Notes under the pieces: model-generated
Told to the model about the DNA's origin: nothing
The model's database searches: none
Seen by the model: the letters and a program-made list of their open reading frames with translations, nothing else
Shown: positions 19,109 through 27,351 of the stretch, piece after piece
How the letters are laid out: every line of letters starts with the position of its first letter
How positions within the stretch are numbered: position 1 is the first letter of the stretch
Source: a virus
Taxonomy: Duplodnaviria > Caudoviricetes
DNA length: 64,000 nucleotides
Virus record (IMG/VR): IMGVR_UViG_3300031993_000015
Reading direction: 5' to 3' (one strand)
Made by a program: the position numbers and the translations under genes

Positions 19109-20068
19109 ATGGCTTGGGATCAAATCAAAGTTGCTTCCGTTTCTGAAGACATCCGCGCAAAGTTCGCCACCGGCGACAAGGACATGTGCAAGCAGGGCAC
19201 ACTCGCTGCCAACGACTACTTCCGCACAGAAATCCGCTCCAACGGCATCCGTCGTCAGATCACTCCGCCTGTCCAGGTCACGAAGGACATGTTCGACCCG
19301 TCCGAGACCTCCGACATTCCGATCATCTACGCCGAGGTCGCTCCTCGCTCGTCCGGCGCCTACATGGTCTCCTTCGAGACTGGCCCGAAGAACGAGAACA
19401 TCTACGGCAACAAGATCCGCATCGAACTCAACCGCATCATGACCAAGAAGTACAGCATCGACAAGATCCGTCTCGATGCCTACAAGATGCCGCTGCTTGA
19501 GATCCTCGAAGACCTGCTCCTCAAAGACATCATGGATGTCGAGGACAACGTCACCATCGGTCTCGACAAGGACATCTGCGGTCCTCTGAACACGGTCAAC
19601 CCCTGGATGGGCTGCCGTCGCTATGTCACCTGCGGTGGCATCAGCCGCGAAGCTCTCGTGCACCTCAAGAAGGGCATGCCTGTGGCTCCTGGTCATCTCA
19701 TGACCAAGAAGTTCCTTATGAACGACCTCACCTACTTCGATCTCGGCGCTCTCGACCGTACCGAAGTCGGCGGCGACATGGCGCAGGAAATGTTCGTCAA
19801 CGGCGTCACCACCTCCAAGATCCAGGGCATCGACACGGTCGTCACCATCAAGACCGACCTCATCCCGACCAAGGAAGTGTTCATCTACACCGATCCGATG
19901 TACTACGGCGGCTTCTACGTCTACAACGACGTCACGATGGTCGTCGATGAAGTCGATGACATCTGGATGACCTTCTTCGCCCATGAGTGCGTCGGCGCCT
20001 CCGTGGCCAACAGCCCCGGCGTTGCCCGTGCATCCCTCACCGGCACCCTCGTCGATTGGGAAGGCTAA
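19109..20068 (+). CDS. major capsid protein (HK97-fold inferred)
   Basis: 319 aa, strongest C-ending codon bias, SD AAGGAGG, last gene before a strong terminator, in protease-scaffold-decoration-MCP order; RTEIRSNGIRRQITPP N-terminal segment. Confidence 0.75.
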   Translation: MAWDQIKVASVSEDIRAKFATGDKDMCKQGTLAANDYFRTEIRSNGIRRQITPPVQVTKDMFDPSETSDIPIIYAEVAPRSSGAYMVSFETGPKNENIYGNKIRIELNRIMTKKYSIDKIRLDAYKMPLLEILEDLLLKDIMDVEDNVTIGLDKDICGPLNTVNPWMGCRRYVTCGGISREALVHLKKGMPVAPGHLMTKKFLMNDLTYFDLGALDRTEVGGDMAQEMFVNGVTTSKIQGIDTVVTIKTDLIPTKEVFIYTDPMYYGGFYVYNDVTMVVDEVDDIWMTFFAHECVGASVANSPGVARASLTGTLVDWEG

Positions 20069-20096
20069 TCCCTCTCACCAGTCCGCGACTGATTCT

Positions 20097-20125
20097 GGCT
20101 CCCTCTTCACGGAGGGGGCCTTTTT
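20097..20125 (+). terminator. intrinsic terminator after the capsid gene
   Basis: GGCTCCCTC-TTCACG-GAGGGGGCC followed by TTTTT. Confidence 0.85.
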
Positions 20126-20130
20126 CATTG

Positions 20131-20139
20131 TATAGTAAG
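20131..20139 (+). promoter_or_regulatory. putative phage promoter element TATAGTAAG
   Basis: Recurrent intergenic motif, right after the terminator and upstream of 20174. Confidence 0.5.
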
Positions 20140-20173
20140 GATGTACAACCATCCTAACTGAAAGGAATTTAAT

Positions 20174-20977
20174 ATGACACCAATCGCAACCATTATCCAC
20201 AACCTTCTGAACAACAGCCGCATGGTGAACTGGACTGCCGAAAAGCAGACCTGGCTCGAAGCCAACGGCACAGCCGAAGTCCCATACGAAATCTGGTCTG
20301 CAGCCAACAAGGTGCAGCGCGAATCCATCAAGGCGGAAGTCACGAGCGGCTATGTCACACTGGAACTCCGCGTCATGAAACCCAATGGCTGCCAGGAAAT
20401 CATCCCATTCAGCCCAGTCGGCGATCTCAGCGTCGCGCCTGTCCAGACCACCCAGATCGTGCAGGCGAAAGTCGAGGAAGCGCCCAAGAAGGACGAGGCG
20501 CAGGAGAAGAACTACAAGGTTCTCGGCAATCATGTGGTCGTCGCCAACAGCAAGGGCATGGACGAGCTCTCCGGCAAATTCGGCATGAAGTCCCAGATCG
20601 TTGACCAGCCCGGCGTCGTCGAAGTCGGTGAAGACATGAAGGACGTTGTCAAATGGAGCGACGGCATGATTGAGGAAAAAGGCGGTCGCGGCTTCAACAA
20701 GAAGGCTGAGGCTGAAGAGCAGGAAGAAGCTCCTGCAGAGGAACCAGCCGAAGAGACTGCCGAGGAATCTGCTGAAGAGCAGGAAGAGGAAAAGACCGAA
20801 GAGGCAGTCGAGAAGGAAGTCAACGAGTTGCTTTCCGCTAAGAAATATGAAGAGGCACTTGAAGTTTTGACTGATTGGTTCGGCAAGAATCAGGTCACGT
20901 TCAAGGCGGCCGCTCTGCGTTACACCAAAACCTTCGAGGCAGTCGTCAAGAAGTTCAAACTCAGCAAGAAGGACTGA
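20174..20977 (+). CDS. hypothetical protein with acidic low-complexity region
   Basis: 267 aa, SD AAGGA, Glu-rich tract. Confidence 0.8.
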   Translation: MTPIATIIHNLLNNSRMVNWTAEKQTWLEANGTAEVPYEIWSAANKVQRESIKAEVTSGYVTLELRVMKPNGCQEIIPFSPVGDLSVAPVQTTQIVQAKVEEAPKKDEAQEKNYKVLGNHVVVANSKGMDELSGKFGMKSQIVDQPGVVEVGEDMKDVVKWSDGMIEEKGGRGFNKKAEAEEQEEAPAEEPAEETAEESAEEQEEEKTEEAVEKEVNELLSAKKYEEALEVLTDWFGKNQVTFKAAALRYTKTFEAVVKKFKLSKKD

Positions 20978-20980
20978 CAA

Positions 20981-21313
20981 ATGGCATCTTCCCTTTTCTA
21001 TGATCTGTACGGGCGCCTGCGCGGGGGACAGACGAGCAATCCTGTCGATGCGCCGATGCCGTATCAGATCAAATGCGTCACCAGCACGGAAGCCAGTACC
21101 GGCTACAAGACCGTGACGCGTTATACTCGTTTCAACGGAGACAACCAGCACAAGATCGGTATGTGGCGTGAGATCACAGTCTTCGACAACCAGGGCAACA
21201 TCACGGACTTCAAGCATGAGTTCACTGTGGACCTCTGGGCAAATGTCGAGGAAGAGACTGTGCGCTGGGTCCCGATCAACGAGTGCTGGGATTTCCCGGT
21301 CCAGAAGGATTGA
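20981..21313 (+). CDS. hypothetical protein
   Basis: 110 aa ORF, SD AAGGA, operon spacing. Confidence 0.7.
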   Translation: MASSLFYDLYGRLRGGQTSNPVDAPMPYQIKCVTSTEASTGYKTVTRYTRFNGDNQHKIGMWREITVFDNQGNITDFKHEFTVDLWANVEEETVRWVPINECWDFPVQKD

Positions 21314-21331
21314 AGCACAGGAGCGTGACAC

Positions 21332-21922
21332 ATGGACACTGTGAAAACACCATACATCATACAGCAGGGCAGGGTTCTGGCTCGTAGACCTGAAAAGGAC
21401 TATGAGACAACAGGCGCCAGTGAAGCCATCACGATTGCTTCTGTCAACGCGAATCTCACCTGCACACTCAATACAACCGCTCCATTTGTCGGCGTTGTAG
21501 ACAGCAACGGTATTCTCTGGCAACTGCCCAATCGTTGTGTCCAGTATGGTGAGTCCAGTGTCACGCTCAATCTCTCTGAAATCTACGAAACCAAACGCAT
21601 GATCTCCGTACCTGCTACGACAACAATCGCTCTGCAGGGCGGTGGATCCATGACATTCTCCCGCTACAAGGAATCCGATTCAGCCAGGGGCTTTGCCTGG
21701 AGAAACGGAACAGCCGCGATCTTCACAGATACGCTGGTTCCTGTAGCGGGTACCACTTTCTATACAGACCCACAGATGTCTGTCAGTGGCGGGACAACGA
21801 CAGCCTATGCAGCGCCGACAGCATCTGCATATCCAGGCGGCTGGAAAGCATTGTTCAGTGTTGTGCCAAAGCAGATCGCCTATGAGGTCATCAAGACTGG
21901 AACCTATGGTGAGAACCGCTAA
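21332..21922 (+). CDS. hypothetical (possibly virion) protein
   Basis: 196 aa, SD AGGAG, Thr-rich beta-type composition. Confidence 0.7.
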   Translation: MDTVKTPYIIQQGRVLARRPEKDYETTGASEAITIASVNANLTCTLNTTAPFVGVVDSNGILWQLPNRCVQYGESSVTLNLSEIYETKRMISVPATTTIALQGGGSMTFSRYKESDSARGFAWRNGTAAIFTDTLVPVAGTTFYTDPQMSVSGGTTTAYAAPTASAYPGGWKALFSVVPKQIAYEVIKTGTYGENR

Positions 21923-21948
21923 ACATATAACAGAGGACACATCCTATA

Positions 21949-22335
21949 ATGAACAATCTGACACTTGAAGAGATTGAAGCGCTGAGAGTAGCGCTTGCTC
22001 AGCCGCAGACATCCAATGCTGCAATCCTGATCTTTACAGGCATCATAGCCCTTTCAGGCTTCTTGTTTGTGATGTGGTGGATTCTCAGCATGAAACTGAA
22101 ACCAGTTGAAAAGCTGGAAACACAGATGTCCGAATTGACCAGCACTGTGAACGAGATGAAGAGCAACATGTGGTCAGAGTCTTCGCTCAACAACCTCGTC
22201 CAGCTCAAGCTCTTCCAGTATATCCAGACGCATGAGCAGAACTGCCCCTGCCGTAAGGCTCTCACCAACAAGGCAACGGCTCCTGCTCCATCTATCAACC
22301 CCAGTGTCACAAGCAACAACATCCCGATTCCGTGA
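21949..22335 (+). CDS. single-TM membrane protein with coiled coil (holin-like possible)
   Basis: AAILIFTGIIALSGFLFVMWWIL transmembrane helix followed by a heptad segment. Confidence 0.6.
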   Translation: MNNLTLEEIEALRVALAQPQTSNAAILIFTGIIALSGFLFVMWWILSMKLKPVEKLETQMSELTSTVNEMKSNMWSESSLNNLVQLKLFQYIQTHEQNCPCRKALTNKATAPAPSINPSVTSNNIPIP

Positions 22336-22345
22336 GGTCTGAACT

Positions 22346-23251
22346 ATGGCCGACATCTGCTTGACTGAAAACATAGGCGGCCAGGGCGGTATTGCCGGCG
22401 GCGGTGGTAACGAGGGTCAGTCCTCCATCGTCAGCAACGGCATCGGCGCGAACTCCTACGGCTACCCGGTCCTGGAAACAGTGACCGGGGTTACGCATAC
22501 CTTCACAGTCCAGCTGACGAAGGACTATACCGGCGCGATTCCGCTGGACATGACAGGCATCACCAAGGTCGTGTTCGAAGCACGGCCTACGATGAACTCG
22601 TCTGCACGGAAGATACAGAAAGAGTGTACTTTCGATGCAGACGGAAAGGTCACGCTGGAGCTCGGACCGGATGAGGTGAACCACAATAATGGCGTCTGGT
22701 ACGGCGAGTTCAAGCTCTACGATGAGAACGATGTGTTGCGACACGACCACCGTGCCTACCTGTGTATCAGGAAGGGCATGGACGGCAGCAACGACAGCGA
22801 CCCGAACACGATCACCGCGATGGACGTTCGTCTGGCTATCATGGATGTGTCCCCGGAAGCCAACGTCCTGCTCGATGACCTGGAGTTCTCCGATGTCCAG
22901 ATCTACGCTGCCGTTCAGCGTTGCATTGACGAGTGGGAAGAGAAACCGCCAACGCTGCAGACGCACTTCAACTCCAAGAACTTCCCATTCCGCGAACATC
23001 TCATCAAGGGTGTCGTTGGCTATCTCATGCAGCAGATCGCCTATAAGTACACTCGCAACCGCATGCAGTATAATGCAGCTGGTCTTACTCTGGACACCAA
23101 TGACAAGGGACCGCAGTATGCAGCCCTTGCACAGGCTGCCAGAGGCGAGTGGATCCACTTTGTCGATATGAAGAAAGCTGAACTGAACATGGGCGAGTGC
23201 TATGGCGTGATCGACATTCCGCAGTTCGGCGGGCTCACCACCTGGTGGTAA
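22346..23251 (+). CDS. probable head-tail adaptor/neck protein with N-terminal Ig-like (BppU-like) domain
   Basis: 301 aa; N-terminal PLDMTG…DGKVTLEL…GVWYGEFKL; helical C-terminal domain; lies between capsid and sheath. Confidence 0.55.
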   Translation: MADICLTENIGGQGGIAGGGGNEGQSSIVSNGIGANSYGYPVLETVTGVTHTFTVQLTKDYTGAIPLDMTGITKVVFEARPTMNSSARKIQKECTFDADGKVTLELGPDEVNHNNGVWYGEFKLYDENDVLRHDHRAYLCIRKGMDGSNDSDPNTITAMDVRLAIMDVSPEANVLLDDLEFSDVQIYAAVQRCIDEWEEKPPTLQTHFNSKNFPFREHLIKGVVGYLMQQIAYKYTRNRMQYNAAGLTLDTNDKGPQYAALAQAARGEWIHFVDMKKAELNMGECYGVIDIPQFGGLTTWW

Positions 23252-23252
23252 C

Positions 23253-24170
23253 ATGGCCGACAGCATCTTCACATCCTTTGTCTGTTCCATCCTGCCGAAC
23301 AATCACAGGCAGCTGTCCTGGAACGTACTTGCGGGGCTGACTTTTCCTGAGAATTTTCAACTTGAAGTTCAAAATTCCAGAGCAGGAGGTCCCTGGGAAG
23401 TACTTGCCCCGGATGTGAAGGATGTCTGTATCTGGGAAGACCCCAGGCTGCGTAACTACAACAAGTACATGAACGAGCATTACAGGCTGCGTCTGTATGT
23501 ACCAGGTGAGCAGGAAGGCGACGAGCCCCTGCAGGAGTACTTCTCGCCGATTGTTGCGGCCGGAACCACTGAGGCATGGCCGTTCAGCGCGGAAGCCAAG
23601 AACGTCGTGACACAGGTCGAGAAGCAGATCGAGATTTCCGGATGCACAGGTGTGCTGCTTAAAAAGAAGCACTGGGGTGTCCGTTGCCCAGACTGTACCG
23701 ACTTCGACAACCAGAACACTGTGAATGAGCACTGCCCGCGTTGTCTGGGAACCGGCTACGATGGTGGGTATTACCAGGGCATCAGTCTGTCAGTTCTGAA
23801 GGATACTCCGCAGACTGGTGAAGAGCAGAGTTTCGATGCCATTGAAGGTCACGAGACAATCACCGGCAAGTGCGTAGCGTTCCCCTGGATTCGCTACGGA
23901 GATGTCTGGGTCGAGGATGGCACGAACAAGCGCTTCTTTGTCCACAAGGTTACACCGGCATCCGTATACAAGCAGACTGTGCTGGTATATGCTTTCCAGA
24001 TGCGCCGTATAGAGTACACCGACATCATGTATGAGGTTCCTGCAGACGAGAAGGTCGAGATAAAAGACCTGTATCAGTCTGCGCAGGTCGCATATACACC
24101 GGAACTCGAAAAGACGCTGGAAGATCAGGCGATGTCTGACTGGCAGAAAGCATTGGAGGAACAGCTGTGA
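23253..24170 (+). CDS. probable neck/head-closure protein with CxxC…CxxCxGTG zinc finger
   Basis: 305 aa; GVRCPDC…CPRCLGTGYDGGY; position in the neck module. Confidence 0.55.
   Translation: MADSIFTSFVCSILPNNHRQLSWNVLAGLTFPENFQLEVQNSRAGGPWEVLAPDVKDVCIWEDPRLRNYNKYMNEHYRLRLYVPGEQEGDEPLQEYFSPIVAAGTTEAWPFSAEAKNVVTQVEKQIEISGCTGVLLKKKHWGVRCPDCTDFDNQNTVNEHCPRCLGTGYDGGYYQGISLSVLKDTPQTGEEQSFDAIEGHETITGKCVAFPWIRYGDVWVEDGTNKRFFVHKVTPASVYKQTVLVYAFQMRRIEYTDIMYEVPADEKVEIKDLYQSAQVAYTPELEKTLEDQAMSDWQKALEEQL
23353..23375. repeat. 23-bp palindromic motif, copy 3 (ATTTTCAACTT-G-AAGTTCAAAAT), inside CDS
   Basis: Near-perfect palindrome, extends to GAATTTT…AAAATTC. Confidence 0.85.
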
Positions 24171-24841
24171 GCACCATCACGACAGACTACACAAAAGACG
24201 GCAACGAAGACACCATGCAGCGTGGCGGTCTGTCTGCGTATAGGCTCATGCACTGGCTCTGCAATATTCTGCAGAACTTCTTTGCAGACCCGATCAATAT
24301 CAAAGACGAACGTCTGAAGAACCTGCTCTGGCGTCAGGACAAAAAGGATGAGACCAAGCTGTTCGCCAAATTCGACATTGGTACAGCCTATGCACAGAAC
24401 ACGACTAAGGCGAACACAACGCCAATGATCGTGGTTTTTGTTGGAGATACGACACATGACAACAGTAGTGTGAACCGGGCCGGCGGCGGAGCGATTGCGC
24501 TGAATGGTGCCCGCCCGATGTATCAGGGCCGTTGTACCAAGCTCATCCCTCTGAACATCAGCATCACGACAGAAAGCTATGATGGTACGTTGTTGCTGGC
24601 TGGGCTTATTGAGGATTTTCTCACAGTCAATGAACTGCAGCTTTTGGAAGACTGTCGGATGATAAACAGCTTCAAAGTCATCAGCGTGACAGCTCCGAAG
24701 AAAACAGATGACCAGAACGCCGCCAAGGAAACCTACCAGTCGTTCATCCAGATACAGACAGCAGGTTGCATTTCCTGGACCACTGACACGCAGGGTCCGG
24801 TGTTCCGTGGTATTCGTTCCAGCGTAGGAATTTCACAATGA
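24167..24841 (+). CDS. probable tail completion/terminator protein
   Basis: 224 aa, GTG start overlapping the previous stop, directly upstream of the sheath. Confidence 0.5.
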   Translation: MSTITTDYTKDGNEDTMQRGGLSAYRLMHWLCNILQNFFADPINIKDERLKNLLWRQDKKDETKLFAKFDIGTAYAQNTTKANTTPMIVVFVGDTTHDNSSVNRAGGGAIALNGARPMYQGRCTKLIPLNISITTESYDGTLLLAGLIEDFLTVNELQLLEDCRMINSFKVISVTAPKKTDDQNAAKETYQSFIQIQTAGCISWTTDTQGPVFRGIRSSVGISQ

Positions 24842-24873
24842 TTAACGTTTTTCTTCTTATAAGAACCACAATC

Positions 24874-24918
24874 ACAGCCGAAGAAGAGCTGACACTTCGG
24901 TTGTTAAACAATGTCAGC
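24874..24918 (+). promoter_or_regulatory. H-type RNA pseudoknot in the tail-sheath leader
   Basis: S1 ACAGCCGAAG/CTTCGGTTGT; S2 GCTGACA (in the S1 loop)/TGTCAGC; loops of 4, 0 and 7 nt. Confidence 0.55.
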
Positions 24919-26743
24919 GGATCGGATATATCCTATGGCTATTAAAAACTTCAATTTCCCTGGCGTTACACTCACGCAGGAGTTCGTGGCTTCCAACGTC
25001 GGAAACCAGACCGTCCTGAGTGTGGCGTGCATCGGCCGGCCTTATTATCTGCACAGGGCAGATGTCGCATCCGAGGCCGCTGTCACCTCTGTCACCATCA
25101 GTACGGCTGGTTCTGCTTCGACCAACTACGCACTGCCTGGTGTTGTCACTGAAGTCCCTGTGGACGGCGGCACTCCGTTCGTTCCGGCTATCGACACTGA
25201 ATATCGCAAGATCTTCGTGCAGGACGGCCTGTTCGCACATGCGGCGATCTCCAGTCTGTCTCAGGCTGTCGCGGCCAGCGCCAGTACTGCGACGGTGGAC
25301 TGCAAAAAGAACGTGAAGAGCGGCCTTGGTCAGACTGCTGATACAGTGTTCGGTTCCCGTGAGGCGCAGCTGGGTGACAGCGTCACGATCACCGGCACGT
25401 CCATCAGCGGTATCGCAAAAGTGCGCAGCATTTCGAAGTCTGCCACGACCGGCGGCTACGGTACGGTCGAACTGGATCTCACCGGCGCGACAATCGGTGC
25501 TTCAGGCGGCACGATCACAGCCCTCAACTTCCTGGTGGAAGCTGACACCTACCTGGTCGATTCTTCGGGCGATACCTCGGTCAACATCTCTGGAACTACT
25601 ACTTTCAACGTGAAGGCCGGTGCTGGTGCTCGTGTTGTGGACAACCAGTTCGGTCTGCTCCAGGCTGGTACCTACACAATGGCTGTTGAGTACAGACAGC
25701 CGAACGGTCTGTTCAAGGGCAAGCTCGGTCAGGTTTACAACGCTGACGCCGTGGATGAAATCCTTGGCGGCGCCTGTCTCGCGAACCCGCTGGCTCTGGC
25801 TGTCAAGCTGGCTTGCCTTGCGGCTCCCGACACGCTGGTGTATTTCACCACGCCGACTACGACCAAGGACACTGTCGATGGTTTCCGTGAGGCTCTTGAC
25901 TTCCTCAGCAAGTACGAAGAGATCTACAGCATTGTTCCCATCATTACGGACCTTGACGCGGGTGTCACCTACAACGCCATCATCGCGGCGCTGCTCAATG
26001 ATGTCATCACAGTGTCCGAAGACGAGGAAAGCAAGATCAGACGTGCGCTCTGGTACGGCATCGGAAATGTCTGGGACAATACGATGGACACGAACCAGAA
26101 GAAGATCAACGCGGTCATCGCATCTCGTCAAGAGATTCCGAACTCCTACAAGGCGCAGGCAGTCTGGGCTGATAGCGCAGCTTACAACGGCGAAACGATT
26201 CCGAACAGCATCCTGGCTGCGGCTCCCGCCGGTATGCGCTCCTATCAGCCGTGCCACCGCCCGCTGTCCAACATGCCATACAGCTTCCTCACTGCGAAGG
26301 AGCCGAACGGCTTCACGAAGAGCCAGCTGAAACAGCTCGGTTCTGAAGGTATCTGGATCATCGCCAACAACTCCGACGAGATTCCGATCAACATGAAGCA
26401 GGTCACAACGGCCGTCGCCAACGACCTGAACCAGGACGAGGAATCCATCGTCGCCAACGTTGACGAGATCTGCCTGAGCCTCTGCCACATCGGTGAAGAC
26501 AGCGTCGGCTGCTCCAACATCAACGACACCATGATCCTGGCTCTGTCGGATGACATCTCCATCCTGATGGACAGCAAGACCATCAACCAGACCGGCAGTG
26601 CCTACATCGGTGCTCAGCTGCTCTCCTGGTCGCTGGACAACATCTATCAGGATCCGATTCACAAGGACCGCATCTATGCAGTCATCTCCTGTGAACCGCC
26701 GAAGCCCTTCAACGAGTTCAAGATTACCCTTCGGGTTATTTAA
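24911..26743 (+). CDS. contractile tail sheath protein (start may be ATG 24935)
   Basis: 610 aa; N-terminal FPGVTLTQEF; C-terminal KDRIYAVISCEPPKPFNEFKITL typical of sheath termini; followed by a tube-sized gene. Confidence 0.85.
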   Translation: MSADRIYPMAIKNFNFPGVTLTQEFVASNVGNQTVLSVACIGRPYYLHRADVASEAAVTSVTISTAGSASTNYALPGVVTEVPVDGGTPFVPAIDTEYRKIFVQDGLFAHAAISSLSQAVAASASTATVDCKKNVKSGLGQTADTVFGSREAQLGDSVTITGTSISGIAKVRSISKSATTGGYGTVELDLTGATIGASGGTITALNFLVEADTYLVDSSGDTSVNISGTTTFNVKAGAGARVVDNQFGLLQAGTYTMAVEYRQPNGLFKGKLGQVYNADAVDEILGGACLANPLALAVKLACLAAPDTLVYFTTPTTTKDTVDGFREALDFLSKYEEIYSIVPIITDLDAGVTYNAIIAALLNDVITVSEDEESKIRRALWYGIGNVWDNTMDTNQKKINAVIASRQEIPNSYKAQAVWADSAAYNGETIPNSILAAAPAGMRSYQPCHRPLSNMPYSFLTAKEPNGFTKSQLKQLGSEGIWIIANNSDEIPINMKQVTTAVANDLNQDEESIVANVDEICLSLCHIGEDSVGCSNINDTMILALSDDISILMDSKTINQTGSAYIGAQLLSWSLDNIYQDPIHKDRIYAVISCEPPKPFNEFKITLRVI

Positions 26744-26756
26744 GGAGGACTGAACC

Positions 26757-27275
26757 ATGTCTGACAAGATTTCTATTTTCAATTCGCCCAATACAACGAC
26801 CGAGACCTGGACACTCCAGGGCGCGGTTGTCCTGTGGGGCACACATAACAGCGCAACCTCTGCGATCCCGATGCTCATGAATCAGGTCCAGTTCAGCTAC
26901 GCTGTTCCCACCACGACTTTCACACCGCTGAACGCGAATGCAAAGGGCGGCGTTTCCCGTGTCATCATCAAGGGCACGCCGGAAGGCACGCTCACTGTGC
27001 AGTCCATCATCAGCCCGGATGTCACGGACCTCAAGAACTTCTTCAAGAACGTCACGAAGCCGTGCAAGCTGGCGAACGACCAGATCCTGCTCACCATTCG
27101 CCCGTTCGGCACACTGGAATGTACCAACACCAGTGTCAATGTCGCACGCAAGCTCACATTCTACCTGCATGATCTCGATATGCGGCAGATGGACTTCAAC
27201 ATCAGCCAGCAGAACAACATCGCTATCGTGCAGATGCCTCTCCAGTTCAACTTCACGAACCTTGAGATGGAATAA
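26757..27275 (+). CDS. tail tube protein
   Basis: 172 aa beta-rich, SD AAGGAGG, directly after the sheath and before a terminator. Confidence 0.65.
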   Translation: MSDKISIFNSPNTTTETWTLQGAVVLWGTHNSATSAIPMLMNQVQFSYAVPTTTFTPLNANAKGGVSRVIIKGTPEGTLTVQSIISPDVTDLKNFFKNVTKPCKLANDQILLTIRPFGTLECTNTSVNVARKLTFYLHDLDMRQMDFNISQQNNIAIVQMPLQFNFTNLEME

Positions 27276-27302
27276 GCGCGAGCAATCACGTTGGCATACG
27301 TA

Positions 27303-27338
27303 TCCCGCCTGTAGAGTAATCCGCAGGCGGGACTTTTT
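27303..27338 (+). terminator. intrinsic terminator after the tube gene
   Basis: TCCCGCCTGT…GCAGGCGGGA followed by CTTTTT. Confidence 0.8.
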
Positions 27339-27351
27339 GTAAGGAGGCATC

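Noticed and set aside
16700-19984. 1094-aa minus-strand ORF (also 13503..15914, 10400..12436, 4012..5859, 2533..3960, 20075..21523, 25502..26878)
   Set aside because: Antisense shadows of strongly codon-biased + strand genes; no recognisable motifs and they fully overlap well-supported genes.
20855-20872. Additional copy of the 23-bp palindrome (ACTTGAAGTTTTG)
   Set aside because: Only the central core matches; the outer arms do not.
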